From Kudoa neothunni (taxonomy: Eukaryota > Animalia > Cnidaria), in assembly GCA_964304625.1 (NCBI GenBank), contig OZ199838.1:6807731-6871730 (forward strand): 64,000 nucleotides of DNA. The letters are read 5' to 3'. The notes beneath the pieces were generated by a model. The model made no database searches. It saw only the letters and a program-made list of their open reading frames with translations, and was not told the origin of the DNA. Positions 1 to 13,645 of this stretch are shown in pieces (the stretch's first letter is position 1; each line of letters begins with the position of its first letter). The position numbers and the translations under genes were made by a program.

Positions 1-201
1 AAACGTTTAAATTGAACAATACAAGGCTACAAATAGAAAATAATCTAACTGGGTTGATATTGACTAAACTGGATTTTAGAGAGGTTCATTATGAGGAAAA
101 GATATCCATATATGTAATTAAAGGGACATTATTTGCAAATAAATGCTAGAGTCACAGATTTTTATTCATGTGACTGGTTGTTTTTATTGAAAAAGGTGTT
201 A

Positions 202-848
202 CAGTAGGCAACCGATAAAATCCCATCCAAGGTGTTTGCGCGGATAATTTTATTTTGCATTTTCTTTATTTTTCAGCATAGGTATTACATCGTTTATTTA
301 AATAGAATAACAAAAAAAATATTATTTTGATGATTTGGCTGAAAAATAATTTGAAATTTTTATTTTAATCATATTTAATGGGAAAATATTTATATCCTTT
401 TACATTGGTATAAAATTTAATGAGTGATCAATTCTAAAATATTTTATATTTTTAACCCAAAATCTTTATTTATGTGCTTCCATAACATTCTTTAATTGGC
501 TACTAACATTGTTTTAAAAAAATTTATTCTATTTTCATTTTCATGGAAAGTGTCATTTTTTGATAGATACCTCAAAAAACTTTCTCATTTCGTCCAAAAA
601 TTCAACCGTCAGAGTTAAAATTTTTCCCTCGTTTCCAATAATAACCATTTAATCTACGTGGTTTAGCCGAAAAAGTTCGTATTATCGGCTAGTCACGTTA
701 TATAACAGATTGGAGATTTCCTAGGTTAATTCAAAAATATTTTTAAGACCTATCTCGTTACAATCACAAAAATATTATAAAACGTATCACCCATATAAAC
801 TTTGACTACGTCGTATCGATGAAAGTGCGTAATATCGGTTGCATATTG
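202..848. mobile_element. pogo/Tigger-type MITE (non-autonomous)
   Basis: TA then CAGTAGGCAACCGATA at 202. The inverted copy TATCGGTTGCATATTG ends at 848 (14/16 match). The TIR resembles that of the Tigger element at 61690-63464. No ORF; the right TA is not intact. Confidence 0.5.
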
Positions 849-2678
849 TTGTTTAAAATTAAAAAATTTTCAGAGTTAACGGATAGATGCAGTAGGGGAA
901 TATTTAAAATTTTGAAAGAAGCGCTATTTTATACTAGCGGTTGTCTCAGCATACATGAGATAAAAAGGAGGCGAATTATAGGGTTGTAAGCACTCAGTAG
1001 TATTTTAACGTTGGTAATTTCTTTTTCCTGTTATTGAAATTTCTATATAGTTTCGATGTAAATATAACAAAGCTTAACTGTCTTAAATGCACAAGTTTGC
1101 TACAAGAAGCGTATTTTTTAAATAAATGATAAAATGTGGGCGATCATTTGATCACTTGGTCATTTTATAGGACGGCCCAAAATATTGATGAGAAAGTTTT
1201 TTTGGAAAGGAAATTTTCTATTAAATGGGGATAAATAATGGAATTCCTATTTGATTATCCGTTAAAAACATCCAATTGCTTTCTCTTCATATAAACGTCG
1301 CCTGTATCATGCTATTGATTAACTTTAGTGTTTAGATGGTATAAAATCCAATTGAAAAATATTTTGGGCATTTTTTATAAAGAAAATACAACAAATATTT
1401 TATTGGAAATAATTTTGGATATTCTGAATAAAATAAAAAATTCGCTTTGAAAAATGATAACTCATATTTTATAAAAGATTTTCAGTAACCATCTATATTT
1501 TTAACTGGCACTTGCTCCGTCAACAAATTTTTTAAAAAACAATAAGAAATATTAAGTTAACAATATTAATGCTAATTTTAGTTGTTAATTTGTTTTAATT
1601 AAATTAGATTATTTGGAATGATTTTAGATCGTTCATTAAGATTAATCTAACAATTATGTTAGATTAACTTTTTAAAATAAATCAACAATATAATAAGATA
1701 CTTGATTTTAATATGGAAAAAGAAATTTTCAGTCATTCAGATTATAAACTCCATTAACTAACCAGAAAGGTATATGCTGCAAATCTTGTGGAGTTATTAA
1801 ATCTAAACTTTCCATTATAGAGCATTCATAATATAATTAAGAAAATAAGGGGAAAATTAGAAGGGATCATGTTTTATTTCATTAATTTTTTGTATGCGTC
1901 ATATTTAAACATTGTAAAATAATTATGATCTCTCAAAAAACTTCGCAATACCGTAGGATTGCCATAAAAATGTTACACGCTATCAAATTACAATTTCTAA
2001 TAAATACTCTGATTGGTCTTTGAACGAACAAACTGGGGGAACGGATGAATGAACCGCCTTAAAATTATAATAGCAAATATAAACGATAATTATAAATATG
2101 TAGGCTCGAAGGTCTTTTCTACCGTATTTTACAGCATCCCAAGGTTTGATGTATTCATTTTTTCAATTGTTAAGATAACTTTTAATTAAAACTCGTCTCA
2201 CCTTGAAATTTACTTTTGCCAAACAGATTTTGTTTATATTATACATTGAAGCCAATGCATCACAAGTATATCTCCCTTTCAAGTTTCAAATGACAATAGA
2301 AATTAACTGCTCAGATTCTTCATTCTCTCCAGTAAAGCACAAATTAGATCCTGAGTTGATAAATACTATAATTCTTATTTTTTATTAAATTATGCTAAAA
2401 AATACCTCTATAATTAATCAATTTACAATAAAACTATTATAAACACCCGAAAAAAGCACGAATGTAGCACTCAAACTACATAAAATCCTCTTAGTATCCT
2501 AACAGATGATTTCCGTTGCAAAAAACCTCCCCAAACTAAAAAATTACCTTTCCTATTAAGCGTAAGAATATTTCAGGAACGAATTATTCGTGCTTAATAA
2601 ATATCGTATATCAGGCTTAAAAATAACAAAGAAAGAATCCAAATGAATAAAAATCAATAAAAATAGGTTTGAGTCTTA

Positions 2679-5600
2679 TTATTGAATCAACTTTTTAAGT
2701 TTGGATACAATGTCATAAACTGAACGCTGATTATCGCCGTGCAAATCAATATCATCAGTAACAACAACTGAGTTGTTTACACGGGTTGAATTATCTTCCA
2801 CTTTCCTATCACCTTCATTGTTGTTATCATTGGGAGCGCCAACTTCCCCTAAGACATCATTCTTATCCAAATTGCTATTATTTTTTTGTTTTGGTTTAAT
2901 ATCATGATAGATTTCAATTATTTTATTAATCGGGTCGCCCTTTACATTCTAAAACTCTCAGTTAATTTTTAGTTAGTAGGTTGTATTTACTTTCATTTGG
3001 AGAATTTTTTTCAAGCGTTCGGGGGTGTGATTTCGAATAATCGAGATAAATCTAATAATGAATTCTTCAGGCGGATCCAAAGGAGATGAAACCATCTATG
3101 AAAATTTAATGAATAACAACAAATAGTTCTAATTTGGGTGTAAAAATTTATAAATACTTTCAAATCTAATTCTATATTTAGTACGCCATTCAGCACAGCC
3201 TCAGCGTAACTAGAATCAAATAAAAACTAAACTAAAAAACGAACTCTAAGTATACGTCTGAGGTATTTTACGCCCCGCATTTGTGCCGATTGTTGGTAGG
3301 CTTTGAAGAATGGTTTTAAGTAGATGTAAGTCAAGCAAAATCTGAGTTGTTTATATGTAACTGTATAGTTTGTCTCAAACTCATAACAAAATACTTGTTC
3401 GGTCCCACATTGGCCTACGGGATGGCATTTGAAAACAGTTTCGTCATATAATTTGGTAAGTTTTCTAAAAACATCATTTCCAAAAAATAGAAACAACAAA
3501 ACACGCTAAAGTACACTGCAAAGTTGATACAAATCTGTATGTATATCTTTTTTGAGTTTTCAAAAACATTGCGTACAGTAGGGACAATATGAGTAAGTTT
3601 TGCAGCCAAAGCACTCACATAAGGACTGTGGTCGCCAACTTGACTAATGGAATCCCATTTGATCTAAAAATTAATTTTAAGAGAAACATCAGTGCTTATC
3701 GTTATTACATTGAGCATGGACTGAATTACAGGTTTGCATGATTTGGTTAGATCACCAACAATCTTCTCATTGATAACTTTATCCATAAATCTGTTTCGAA
3801 AATTAATTACCATCGACTTAACACCACCAAAAAGTAATTACTTAGTATAGTTTTGTATTTGATTTTTTAACTCAATTTTTGAGTTATTTTCGGATGGTAT
3901 AACCGACTTAATTTTCAACTCAAGCTAAAAGATCAAACGTTCTCATTACAATTACAGAACGTACAAATAATGTAATTGCCAACCTGCACAGTGGTGTCAA
4001 TACAGTACTCCAGCGTACATACAACACAACCAAGAACAGTAATATTTTCTAATATCATGGACGAAGTTGTAGTTTGGTTGTTGGATGGAGTTTTGGTTGA
4101 AGGGATGGGAAATAGATTTTCTTTGAATCTAATAAATAAGGTGACGGTGTTTTTAGTAATATAATAGGAGCGAGTTGTTGCATGATTCGATATGACGTAT
4201 TTTATAATTAATAGTAAGAATTCATAAAGTAGCCAATATTTTCGGCGATACAACAATTAAATGGTCATCCGCGACTAAATTTTTTTAGAAAACAATGAGA
4301 GATATTGAATTTTTTCTTGAATATTTATTTAACTTCATCTTGAGCTAATAAACCTTCGTATTGTGTATATACATCATAAAAAGAATTTAAATCCTAAAAA
4401 TATTAAAACTAACTATAGAAATAATAAATTTTAATTTATAAATCCTCATCAAAATCATTTTAAAATGAAATGTATCCATTTTAAAAACTAAATAATAAAT
4501 ACATTTCTCCATAAGGAATTTCACACAAGGCATCAACATAAACAACTCAAATTCTATATGACCCAAAATATTATCAACTAAGTATCTCAAATCATAATTC
4601 ATTTAATATCTTAGATTAGGACTAGCAATATTTGATGAATAACATAAAACCAGTTAGCAGGTATAAAATTAATCAGACATATTTACAAGTTTATATTAGA
4701 GGTTTCGGAATTAAATTAAATTTGAACGTTCCTTGTACAACAGTTTTTAAAACACATCCAGATTTGAGAGAAAAAAATTTATGTAAAACAATTACTAAAA
4801 ACATATAATTGTTGGGATATTTTTTTAAAACACTTTGCATAGAAAAAACTTCATCCCTTTTCTACTATTGATATTTTTTCGGAAATCAAACCCATGCAAT
4901 TAATAATTTACGTCAGAAAAAGCTAAAAGTTTTTTTAAATAATTAACGTGATCTTCCCAGTCTCGACCATGATGTTACTTACATATTCTTATTTTTAGCA
5001 TTCTTTTTAAAAAAAGTTTTATTCTAAAAAAGAAAAGATTAAACTAAAAATCGATTTTACAGTTGGTGACGGGTGATTCGTAATTTCTAAGATTGCGTGC
5101 GCAACACTGCGGAGAGATAAATGCTATAAATCAATTTTAATGATAAATTATTTTTAAGGAAATTACTCAGTTATAGTAATATTTTTAAGTTTTCTGACAA
5201 TTACATTGTATACTTCTCGTTCAATATCCATTTGATGTTTATAACTATTTCAACCTTGTTATTTCAAATAGTGTCTTAAATCAGACAAATGAGAGAGGCG
5301 ATTTAGAACGGAATAATTTTTCGCGCTCTATAGTCTTATTTACAAAAACTTGTTGTCTCTGTGACAGTTTCCATCACTTATAAGATCACTAATACTGGAG
5401 TCGTTTTCAATATTGTTTCCGTCCCATACCTTTGCTAGTTTTTGGCAAACTTTATTATTTCATATTTCTCTTTTAATGCCCTAATTCAATTTTTATTTTT
5501 GTCCTCCATTTCGCCACTAATCGAAAACGAAAATCTCAACGCACCTGAAAAGTTACGAACCACACATCACTACAAAATAATCCATAAAAACATAATTAAT

Positions 5601-8600
5601 TAATATTTTATTTATATTGTTAACGGTAAAATAAATGTTTTTAAATAGCTTAAGAAATAAATAACTTATAATCTTGTATGTACGTTAATTTTGTAACATT
5701 TTCTCAAATTACGAACTACACAAACGTCGCTACGAACCACACGGCATCCATTGTAATTTCATATCAACAAAAAAATGTGGAAAATAAAATTCAAATCATT
5801 TTGTAGTAATCACTAAAAATAGCAAAATACAGTATGTGACGGCTCGTACGCATCTGTCATGATTTAATGACTTACACAAAATTGTAACTAATTAAAGTAA
5901 ATTGAATAAATGAATAACAAATGTAATGAATTATTAAACTTTAAATTTTGTTGTAATCCACTTTGAATAAGAATTAACTCAAATGTACGACACGTGGGCA
6001 CTACGCCAAAGAATAAGGCAGTGGTTATTGCTACGGGAGGGAATAACTCCAAATTTACAAACTCACATAAAATTTGAAATTTATATTTGTAATTATAATT
6101 AATGATTTTTGACCTAACATAATTAAAATTTAAAAAATATACATCATTAAAAAATACAACATTATCGTAAGGCGTTTTGGGTTAAAAAAGTCTTAATTCA
6201 CCATTTTAACGTTTAATAAAATTAATACGCAAAATTTTGTGCGTAACGTTAGTTAATAAGGAGAATGCTCAGATGAAATAAACAATTTTGACTTCTATTA
6301 ATATGAGCGTGCGCCAAGAAACGTTTTTAATTTTGTGGCAACTGCTCACTTATTTTAAATGGGCAGCATATTTTTATAATTTGAAAATTCTTAAGCGCGT
6401 GAGTTAGAAATATTGTATTAGACTGATTGTGATACAATTTTTGTGCTCAAATAAAACTTTTTTTAAATAAACAGTTAGTATTTTAAATAGATAGTATATT
6501 ATCTTTTCGTAGGTTTTTTTCTAGAAGAAGCAATGACTGTTAGCCTAGATTCTTTAGGTCGTCCGATTGCTTTCACTCTCGGTGGGAATGATAACGCTAA
6601 ATAATATTTGTTACCATTTTAATAATTTTATTTAGAGTATCAGTTGCTATTTTATAAAATTTTGTATCGACTTCTCTTTGAAATATTTAGCATACACGAA
6701 ATTTATAGGTAAAAAGATGGGTATTTGAAGAGACAATTCTCAAAAATTCCCTTACTTTGTGTTCTCAACCGTAACAACGATACATAATTTTTCATTCAAA
6801 ATAGGGAAACATTCTAAAATTTGTGCCAAGAAGCCATCAATGTCTGCTTGAATCTCTCCATAAAAATGCACGCATAATTTATGCGAAATTCTCAAATAGG
6901 ATCGTTAGCAGCAGTTAAATACAAGCGTCTATTAATAATACAAATTGTGGAGTTTAGCCAAAATACTTGAATTTACAATCATCCCGATTTTAAAAGTTTT
7001 CCTATTGCCTCCATTAGCACAACTTTTCAATAAAATTGAAAAGTTAGTCGTATCAGGTGATCAACCAAAAATAATAAAGTAGCAACATTATTGTCATTTT
7101 TATAATTTTAACATCACAATTAAAATTGTTAGTTAACATATGGATAGTCGTAAATACATCTATGTTGGTTATTCCTCTTGATTTCACATTGTGTAGGGAT
7201 TTCACTGTGATATTGTTTCTCATTGCATAGCATAACATTTTTATATACGCTTTTTATTAAATCCAAATAATATTAATTCAAAAAGATGATTATCTGTGAA
7301 ATCGAATTTTTGTTGATGAGGTAGAAATTTGTATATCGACGCATTACAAAGATGATCTTGTATCTCATTTAAGAATATGATTATGAAAAATTTCCCATAT
7401 CGTTACTGGCTAAAAAAGTAATGCTAGAGAGGCAGTTACCTCTACATGTTGATGATTTTTGTTAAATTTAAGCTTTCTTTTTTATAGAGAGTCGAAAAGA
7501 ATACAAACGTTATTTTGTGGTAAATTAAAGTTTCATTAAAATATTTTAGAATTTTAGATTAGGAATTTTGTATTTTTCGCAATTCCCTCATTTTTAATTT
7601 GCAGGAAAAAAGATGTTCATAACGATTAATATGACTTTTTAATGAGTTTAAAGTCACCTTCCAATCCAGGAGAGGACTCCATCGTACAAATGACGCTACA
7701 GTAAAAACATAGATTCCCAGACAGGTCACTATAATTAAGAATTCAAAACGTGTTTCCTTCTATTATGGACATTAATTTCAGATAACGCATTAGAGTCAAA
7801 TTTAAGTTTTTTTAATTATTATGTTATTAAAATTAAGAATTTATCTATGTTTGTAATAATAATATTTAAGAAGATGAATTATGCTCACCGCTATTTAAAT
7901 GCAAACGATAAGCTTTTATATTGACTTTAATTATAAAATTAAACATTACTTTAAATACATTTACTTTAAGATTACTGAATTCACCACATAGAATGCTCTA
8001 ATCGATTTCCATGAATAGCGGTAATATTTAATATACCTTGTAGATATGTAATAATACATATAAATATAATCTATAAATCAAATATATATATATATATATA
8101 TAACAAATACAATTATTTTATTTTATAAAAACCTAGTTAAGCATATTTTAACAGATTATATTAGCTGAAATAGATAAAACATATTAGGTATAATCAGAGG
8201 TAATAGGATGGACGTTTTATAGATAAAACACGAAATTTATAGTCACAATATTAGAAATTTCAATAGCTCGAATTTTCTCCAAAACAGTTAAATATGTTAG
8301 GCCGAAAATCATTCATTCCAAATGTGAATTTCAAATTGTAACTAGATTCTTAGATTTGGAGTTATTCCCTCACGTAGCAATGGACAACCCCTGCATGTGG
8401 ATTATACGGGTCCGTAGCAATAACCAATGCCTAAGAATAAAGTTGCCCAAATGATGGGTCGTCGGCATTTGATGAGAACAAAGCAGCTTCATTCTTTGAA
8501 AGATAAAGTGGATATAATATAATGGCATATTATGAAAGAATATTTCATGGAAAAACATAAAAACTAAAATCCTCAATTATTTTAATCCAAAATCTCTGTC

Positions 8601-11600
8601 CTCTTTAGATAAGATTTCGAGTAATAAAGAATCCATTATGAAAGCTCATAATGAAACGAGAATTACAATTAACCATTTCTATGAATGTTGCTTTAATTTA
8701 TTTGAGTAAAACGTACAAATTTTTCAGTAAACGAAACTATAAAGTGTTATCTACGGTCATAGATCTAGAAACAGCGATTTACGATACAAGAAAGTCAGAG
8801 GTTTACCAGTAAAATATTAATAACTTTTTCAAAGCAAAATCCAACTAACAACTATGATAAAAACTTTTAGTTATATTTTATCGAGTATATTATTTAACTT
8901 TATGAAATTTCTGCATATCAATGTATATTAAGTTTGTCTTGATGATTAACTCTTACTCCTACTTCTTTTGAGTACAAAAAATAATTTATTTGTTACGCAA
9001 CACTTTTCTAATATTAATAATTCATTGAGAAAGTTTTCTGCATGTTTTTATTTAAGATTGTCCAAACCTTATGAAGAGTATAAAAAATAATTTTGATTAT
9101 AACAAAATTGGATGTATGAATTGCATTTATTTTTTTTAATTTTTGTTGATAGATATCGATATTATCATCAAGTTGTCTAAATAGTTTGTTTCTACAAATT
9201 AAAACCAAGGATCGACTAGATTAATCGTATTTAACCTTGACATCATTATTATAAGAAAATTTATTTTTATTAAATATACTTTTGAATATAAATACAAACA
9301 TAGCGAAAAACAAGAAAGACTACATTGCAAGAGCCTACATTAAAGTTTGTTCGCATGCGCCCAATTTCCATATTAGCGCCCACGACCCGCCACCTGCTGT
9401 ATATACATCTAGATGAAAAATCTCTTTAAAAACTCAGTCGTTTAATTTTAGTTCCACATTCACAGTTTTATAATACGCACATCTTTAATATTTAAAAATA
9501 AACTCACAATTTTATTACAATAAATATACAAATATAGTAAGTATAAATAAAATTAACGATTAGATCTATTACTTGGAATTACTGTCATTTTCCCCTTTTG
9601 TTTAACCAAGAATTAATTGACTTTAGTTTAAGTAATTAATTATTGAAATTTTATATTCCATTAAAAAAATACTTAAATCTGAGAAATAAATTAAGTTTAT
9701 GAAAATCCTTATTTAACAAAATAATTCGTTCGTTCATTAATATAAACAAAATCAAGGTAAAATGCAATTACTTAAGCCATTTAAAAAAAGAGAAATTAGA
9801 TAATGATGTATGTTTAAAATAAACAAAGAATTAATAACCTAAAATTTTCAAGTGATATTCTTTTAAATTACATTAAATAGTAAACTGCAAGTATTAAACA
9901 ATCGAAAAGGCGACTCGCAAGCTCGTCGTGTGTTGAAAATGGGGACTTACAATGGCGTTGTGTAAGCAACAATAATCAGATTCAAATAGTGATCCAAGGT
10001 ACGTTCTAAATATGTCGACGAGTTGAAGCAAACATTCGACACTGTTGAATTGGGAGCATTGCATGAAACAATGCTTGAAAAAAAGGAAAAGTTCGCCGGC
10101 ACTTGGAAACACACTATAGTTTATTCTTGACATTTTAGGCATTATTGATGGACCAACGGATCCATATTCCTAACACGTTAAAGTCAAAGCTAATTTAGAC
10201 ACAAAAATAATCAAAGAAAGTTACATCGGAAGAGACGGTTTCTTTGAGACAAGGTAGCCAGCTAATGAATTGTTTTTGGCTTTGATTTGAGCGTAGAATT
10301 TAGAAAAAATGTCATCCAGCGCCCTAAAAAAAAACAAAAATTCACTATTAACTCCATAAATTTAACAAAAAAGATTGATTTAATAATAAATTATTACTTT
10401 GAGCTGATCTTTTATGTAGACTGTGAGAAAAGGTTTAAAGATCTCAGTGAAGCAACTGTCGAATGGATGTTTCGAAGAACTGATTACATTAGAAAAGTTG
10501 TCGTTCTAGAAATATTCGTTAGAACATTATGTAAGAATCCACACGACGAAGAAATCACCTTTGAAGTGATTGAACCGGTTTCACTAGCACTTTCAGTGTA
10601 GCATTCATTAATAGTATCAGTGTGGTGGTTGTTAGAGTGTGAGAAATGAGCCGGAAAGAGTTGTTTGGTGAAAGGAAATCGACTTATACAGAAATCATTG
10701 AACAGCAAACATTTTTGCACCACATAAAGTAACAATTTGGATTCGATGTTTCCATCGGTAGTTTGTAGCAGTTGTTTAATTTGTGACCTAAGCATGAAGT
10801 ATAAAAAGATTTTTTGGGAGAATTTAACTACTCGTTTATTATATAAAACTGTAACGCCATTTTCAAATCAACATGCCATTCCTTCGGAAAAATATTGTTA
10901 AAAATTTGGTCGTGTTTTATGAGTGTCCTTTTGAACCAGGAAAATCTTCGATCAATACTTTCTAGTTGTGACTTCTACAGTTAAATTTGATTCAAACAAC
11001 AGTTATGTTAGTAGAAAATTACTTTGTCATTTGGTGGAAAACTTTGATGGAATTCATTCACCATAAATTCAATATAAAAATCCGTCACCTCATTACTATT
11101 TCGAAATTTTTGTGTTAATAAGCACAACAAAAATTATACGTACCAATATTCCTCTCCATGAAGTGATAGCACTTTACAAGCACAACAACCATCGACTTTT
11201 GTGGAATCAAGTTCAGCATTGTCAAACTGAATAATAAAAAAATATTCACAATGTTAAATGTTAGGGAAATATAGGAATCAAACACCGAGAGTTAAGAAAT
11301 TACATAAGATGATATTATTTGTTTTATATCTTTCAGAGCTTGATAATAGACCTCTTTTTTAATTTGTTCATATCTACATTAGAATTGATTCATGTAGTGA
11401 GCGAGAAAACATATATATTCTCCAATCACTTTTCTAGAGCATGACTAAATTGTTCTATGGTTGAATACTGCTGCAGACAATCAGCCACCGAATTATATCC
11501 AATAATAAGTGATTCCACCGTTTTGTAGTCGTTTTCGCTGATCAAATCGCTAATAAGCAGCGTCTTAATGACTGGATAAACTACAAATTTTTTACCTAAG

Positions 11601-13645
11601 TTTATCCACACTATCATTTAACACCGATATCAAGTTGACAGTTTTGATGGTGTGAGCCAAGTTGTTTTTGGCGTTGTGAAGTTGCCATAGCTCCTTAGTG
11701 GTTTCGTTCAACTGTACATATGCTCGATAATTACATTAATTTATAGTTTGAACGTAATTACAAATGGTTTTGCATTGTCACACTCTAATTTTAACTGCAA
11801 TATGTCGTTTGCGATTTCGTCCAACAATTCAACACTTTTATCAATAAACTAGATTATGGAATTGGGAAGTAAATAAATTTATTCAAAAGCATATACAAAC
11901 AATAATAACAATGACTATTGGTGTCCCTAAAATTTAACCCATGAAGATAATTAATCGATATTACTGTTATTTCTTGTTTATATTAGCATAAACCCTATAG
12001 TCCAGGGGTTCTCAACCGAAAGTAAATTAAATAACATCAAAATTAGACAGGGAATATTTTGGCATTATGGGTTTGCGACGTGCTTCAGGATTTATAAGGA
12101 ATTATATTATTCGAGGCTATTAAACTCGATAAGAATTAGTCAGAAATTCATAAAATGTTATTAGGAATAAGTATTTAACAGATATTTATAAAACTATTAT
12201 CAGCCTCCATATTTTATGCCGCGTTTATCATTCAGTGGTGTAGCCTTTTATAATAATAGTAAAATACTTAAATGACTATTTTCATGGAAAATAATATTCA
12301 AGTGTCATTAGTTTTGATTATTTTTAATTATTTCTAGCCCAAGGAACCAAGGAATGAAAAAAAATAATTTAATTTTACAAAATCTAAAAAATTAAATCAA
12401 TATACAGCTTATAAGTGAGAGATGATGGGAATGAAAATTATCATTTCACAAGCGTACGTGCCTTTTTGGATCAGAATTTACTCCTCAAATAGCCTCTGCT
12501 ATAACTAGAAAAAATATAAGATCTTTAAGTAACTATAAACTTGGCTCTCAAGTTAAGGGGTTAAATTTTGATTTTCCACAAGGTTGAGGGAGTAAATTTG
12601 AAAAAAACGGTTGAGAACCCCTGTTGTAGTCAATGACTTATATTGTTATATAAGAAAAATAAATAAAAACCCAATATCTATTCGATTCTAATCTGTTAAT
12701 TGTTTCAAACAATTAATTCATAATTTTTACCAATATTAAACTAATTATAAATTAAAGATTCATTTTTTCGAACTTAAAATCTGATTAAATTAGAATGGAG
12801 AGGTTAATCTTTATGAACTAATCGTTTGATCGATAATTCATAACATTTCTTAATATAACAACAATAAATAAAAAAATAAAAACGAATAATATTCAAATAG
12901 GAGCGAATTAGTGACGATACTTAATTTGTCTAATACGATTTAAAAGAAGTAAAATTATTCATTTGAGATATTACTTAAACAATAAAATTCTTATAGGAAA
13001 TTATCTTAGAACAAAAGACCATCTCTAAATAACCGCATCACGTGCGCAGTGGCAATTTTTAAAATGAATATTCTCCTATTTATTATCTATTTGTAAATTT
13101 TAAATGATCATGACTTCATAATGCGTCAAATTAAATTATTTAATTTATCCAGCGACACACTTAAGCCCAATAATAAGTAACTATAGTTCAAACTACAGGG
13201 ACGGATTAAATTTTTGGGATGCAAATAGTTAATCCTTAATTAACCTCGGCTTGTTCATTTGCTTCAGTGGCGCACTCGTGTAACAATTTTTGAATTTCAT
13301 TTTCAGCGTCTCTACACAGTAGACGATTATTGGTGAAATAAACGAATTGTGTTGCTAGAATGTAGAAGCAATCGAAGAATCCAATCACTTACTCACATAT
13401 CTTGGTTTGTTTAATAAGCAGATTTTCTAATGATTCCATGCTCTACGTTCCAACATATAGCATACAGCCAATTCAATTAAATCTACCATATCTTCCGAAT
13501 AGAGCTTATTGATCTTCATGGCTACATATTGTAGATCATCACCGCATACACGAGTCGGGTCATTCTATATGCAATTAACACATTCGAAACATTTTCCACT
13601 TACATTTCCGTCATATCTGAGTTTGTATTTGTCGGTTTTGGTCAT
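2679..13645 (-). CDS. VPS53: GARP/EARP complex subunit VPS53 (multi-exon; two apparent +1 frame breaks near 10398 and 9995)
   Basis: Exons joined at GT-AG give VPS53 motifs in order: QLHNAKNNLAHTIKTVN, IDRRFSWFKR, IFPKEWHV, IESKLLLYVVQK, HPFDSCFTEIFKPFLTVYI, VFPSAGELFLFFKHCFMQCSQ, TLEYCIDTTVQLE, VGDHSPYV, KCHPVGQCGTEQILLDLHLLK. ATG at 13645, TAA at 2679. Long introns at 4129-9950 and about 11850-13225. Confidence 0.9.
5950..6125 (+). repeat. Unclassified dispersed repeat, copy 1 (internally deleted)
   Basis: Core TGGTTATTGCTACGGGAGGGAATAACTCCAAAT is shared with 8210-8515 (inverted) and about 59150-59240. Confidence 0.7.
8083..8101. repeat. (AT)n microsatellite
   Basis: About 9 consecutive AT units. 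Confidence 0.7.
8210..8515 (-). repeat. Unclassified dispersed repeat, copy 2
   Basis: Reverse complement reads GGTTATTGCTACGGACCCGTATAATCCACATGCAGGGGTTGTCCATTGCTACGTGAGGGAATAACTCCAAAT and ends TTTATCTATAAAACGT, as in copy 3. Confidence 0.7.
12003..12623. mobile_element. hAT (Charlie-like) MITE in a VPS53 intron
   Basis: Perfect 16-bp TIR CAGGGGTTCTCAACCG / CGGTTGAGAACCCCTG. 8-bp flanks ctatagtc / ttgtagtc (6/8). Internal similarity to 45143-45495. Confidence 0.85.

Noticed and set aside
4131-9890. Nested gene in the long VPS53 intron (ORFs at 4387, 7053, 8370, 9014)
   Set aside because: They are short AT-rich ORFs with no motif or consistent splice chain, and one overlaps a repeat.
10135-10150. 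Euplotes-style stop-triggered frameshifts (CAA-TAA, GCC-TAA) in VPS53
   Set aside because: Two such steps would restore the frame, but an alternative AG at 10114 does so more simply, and the other breaks have no adjacent stop codon.
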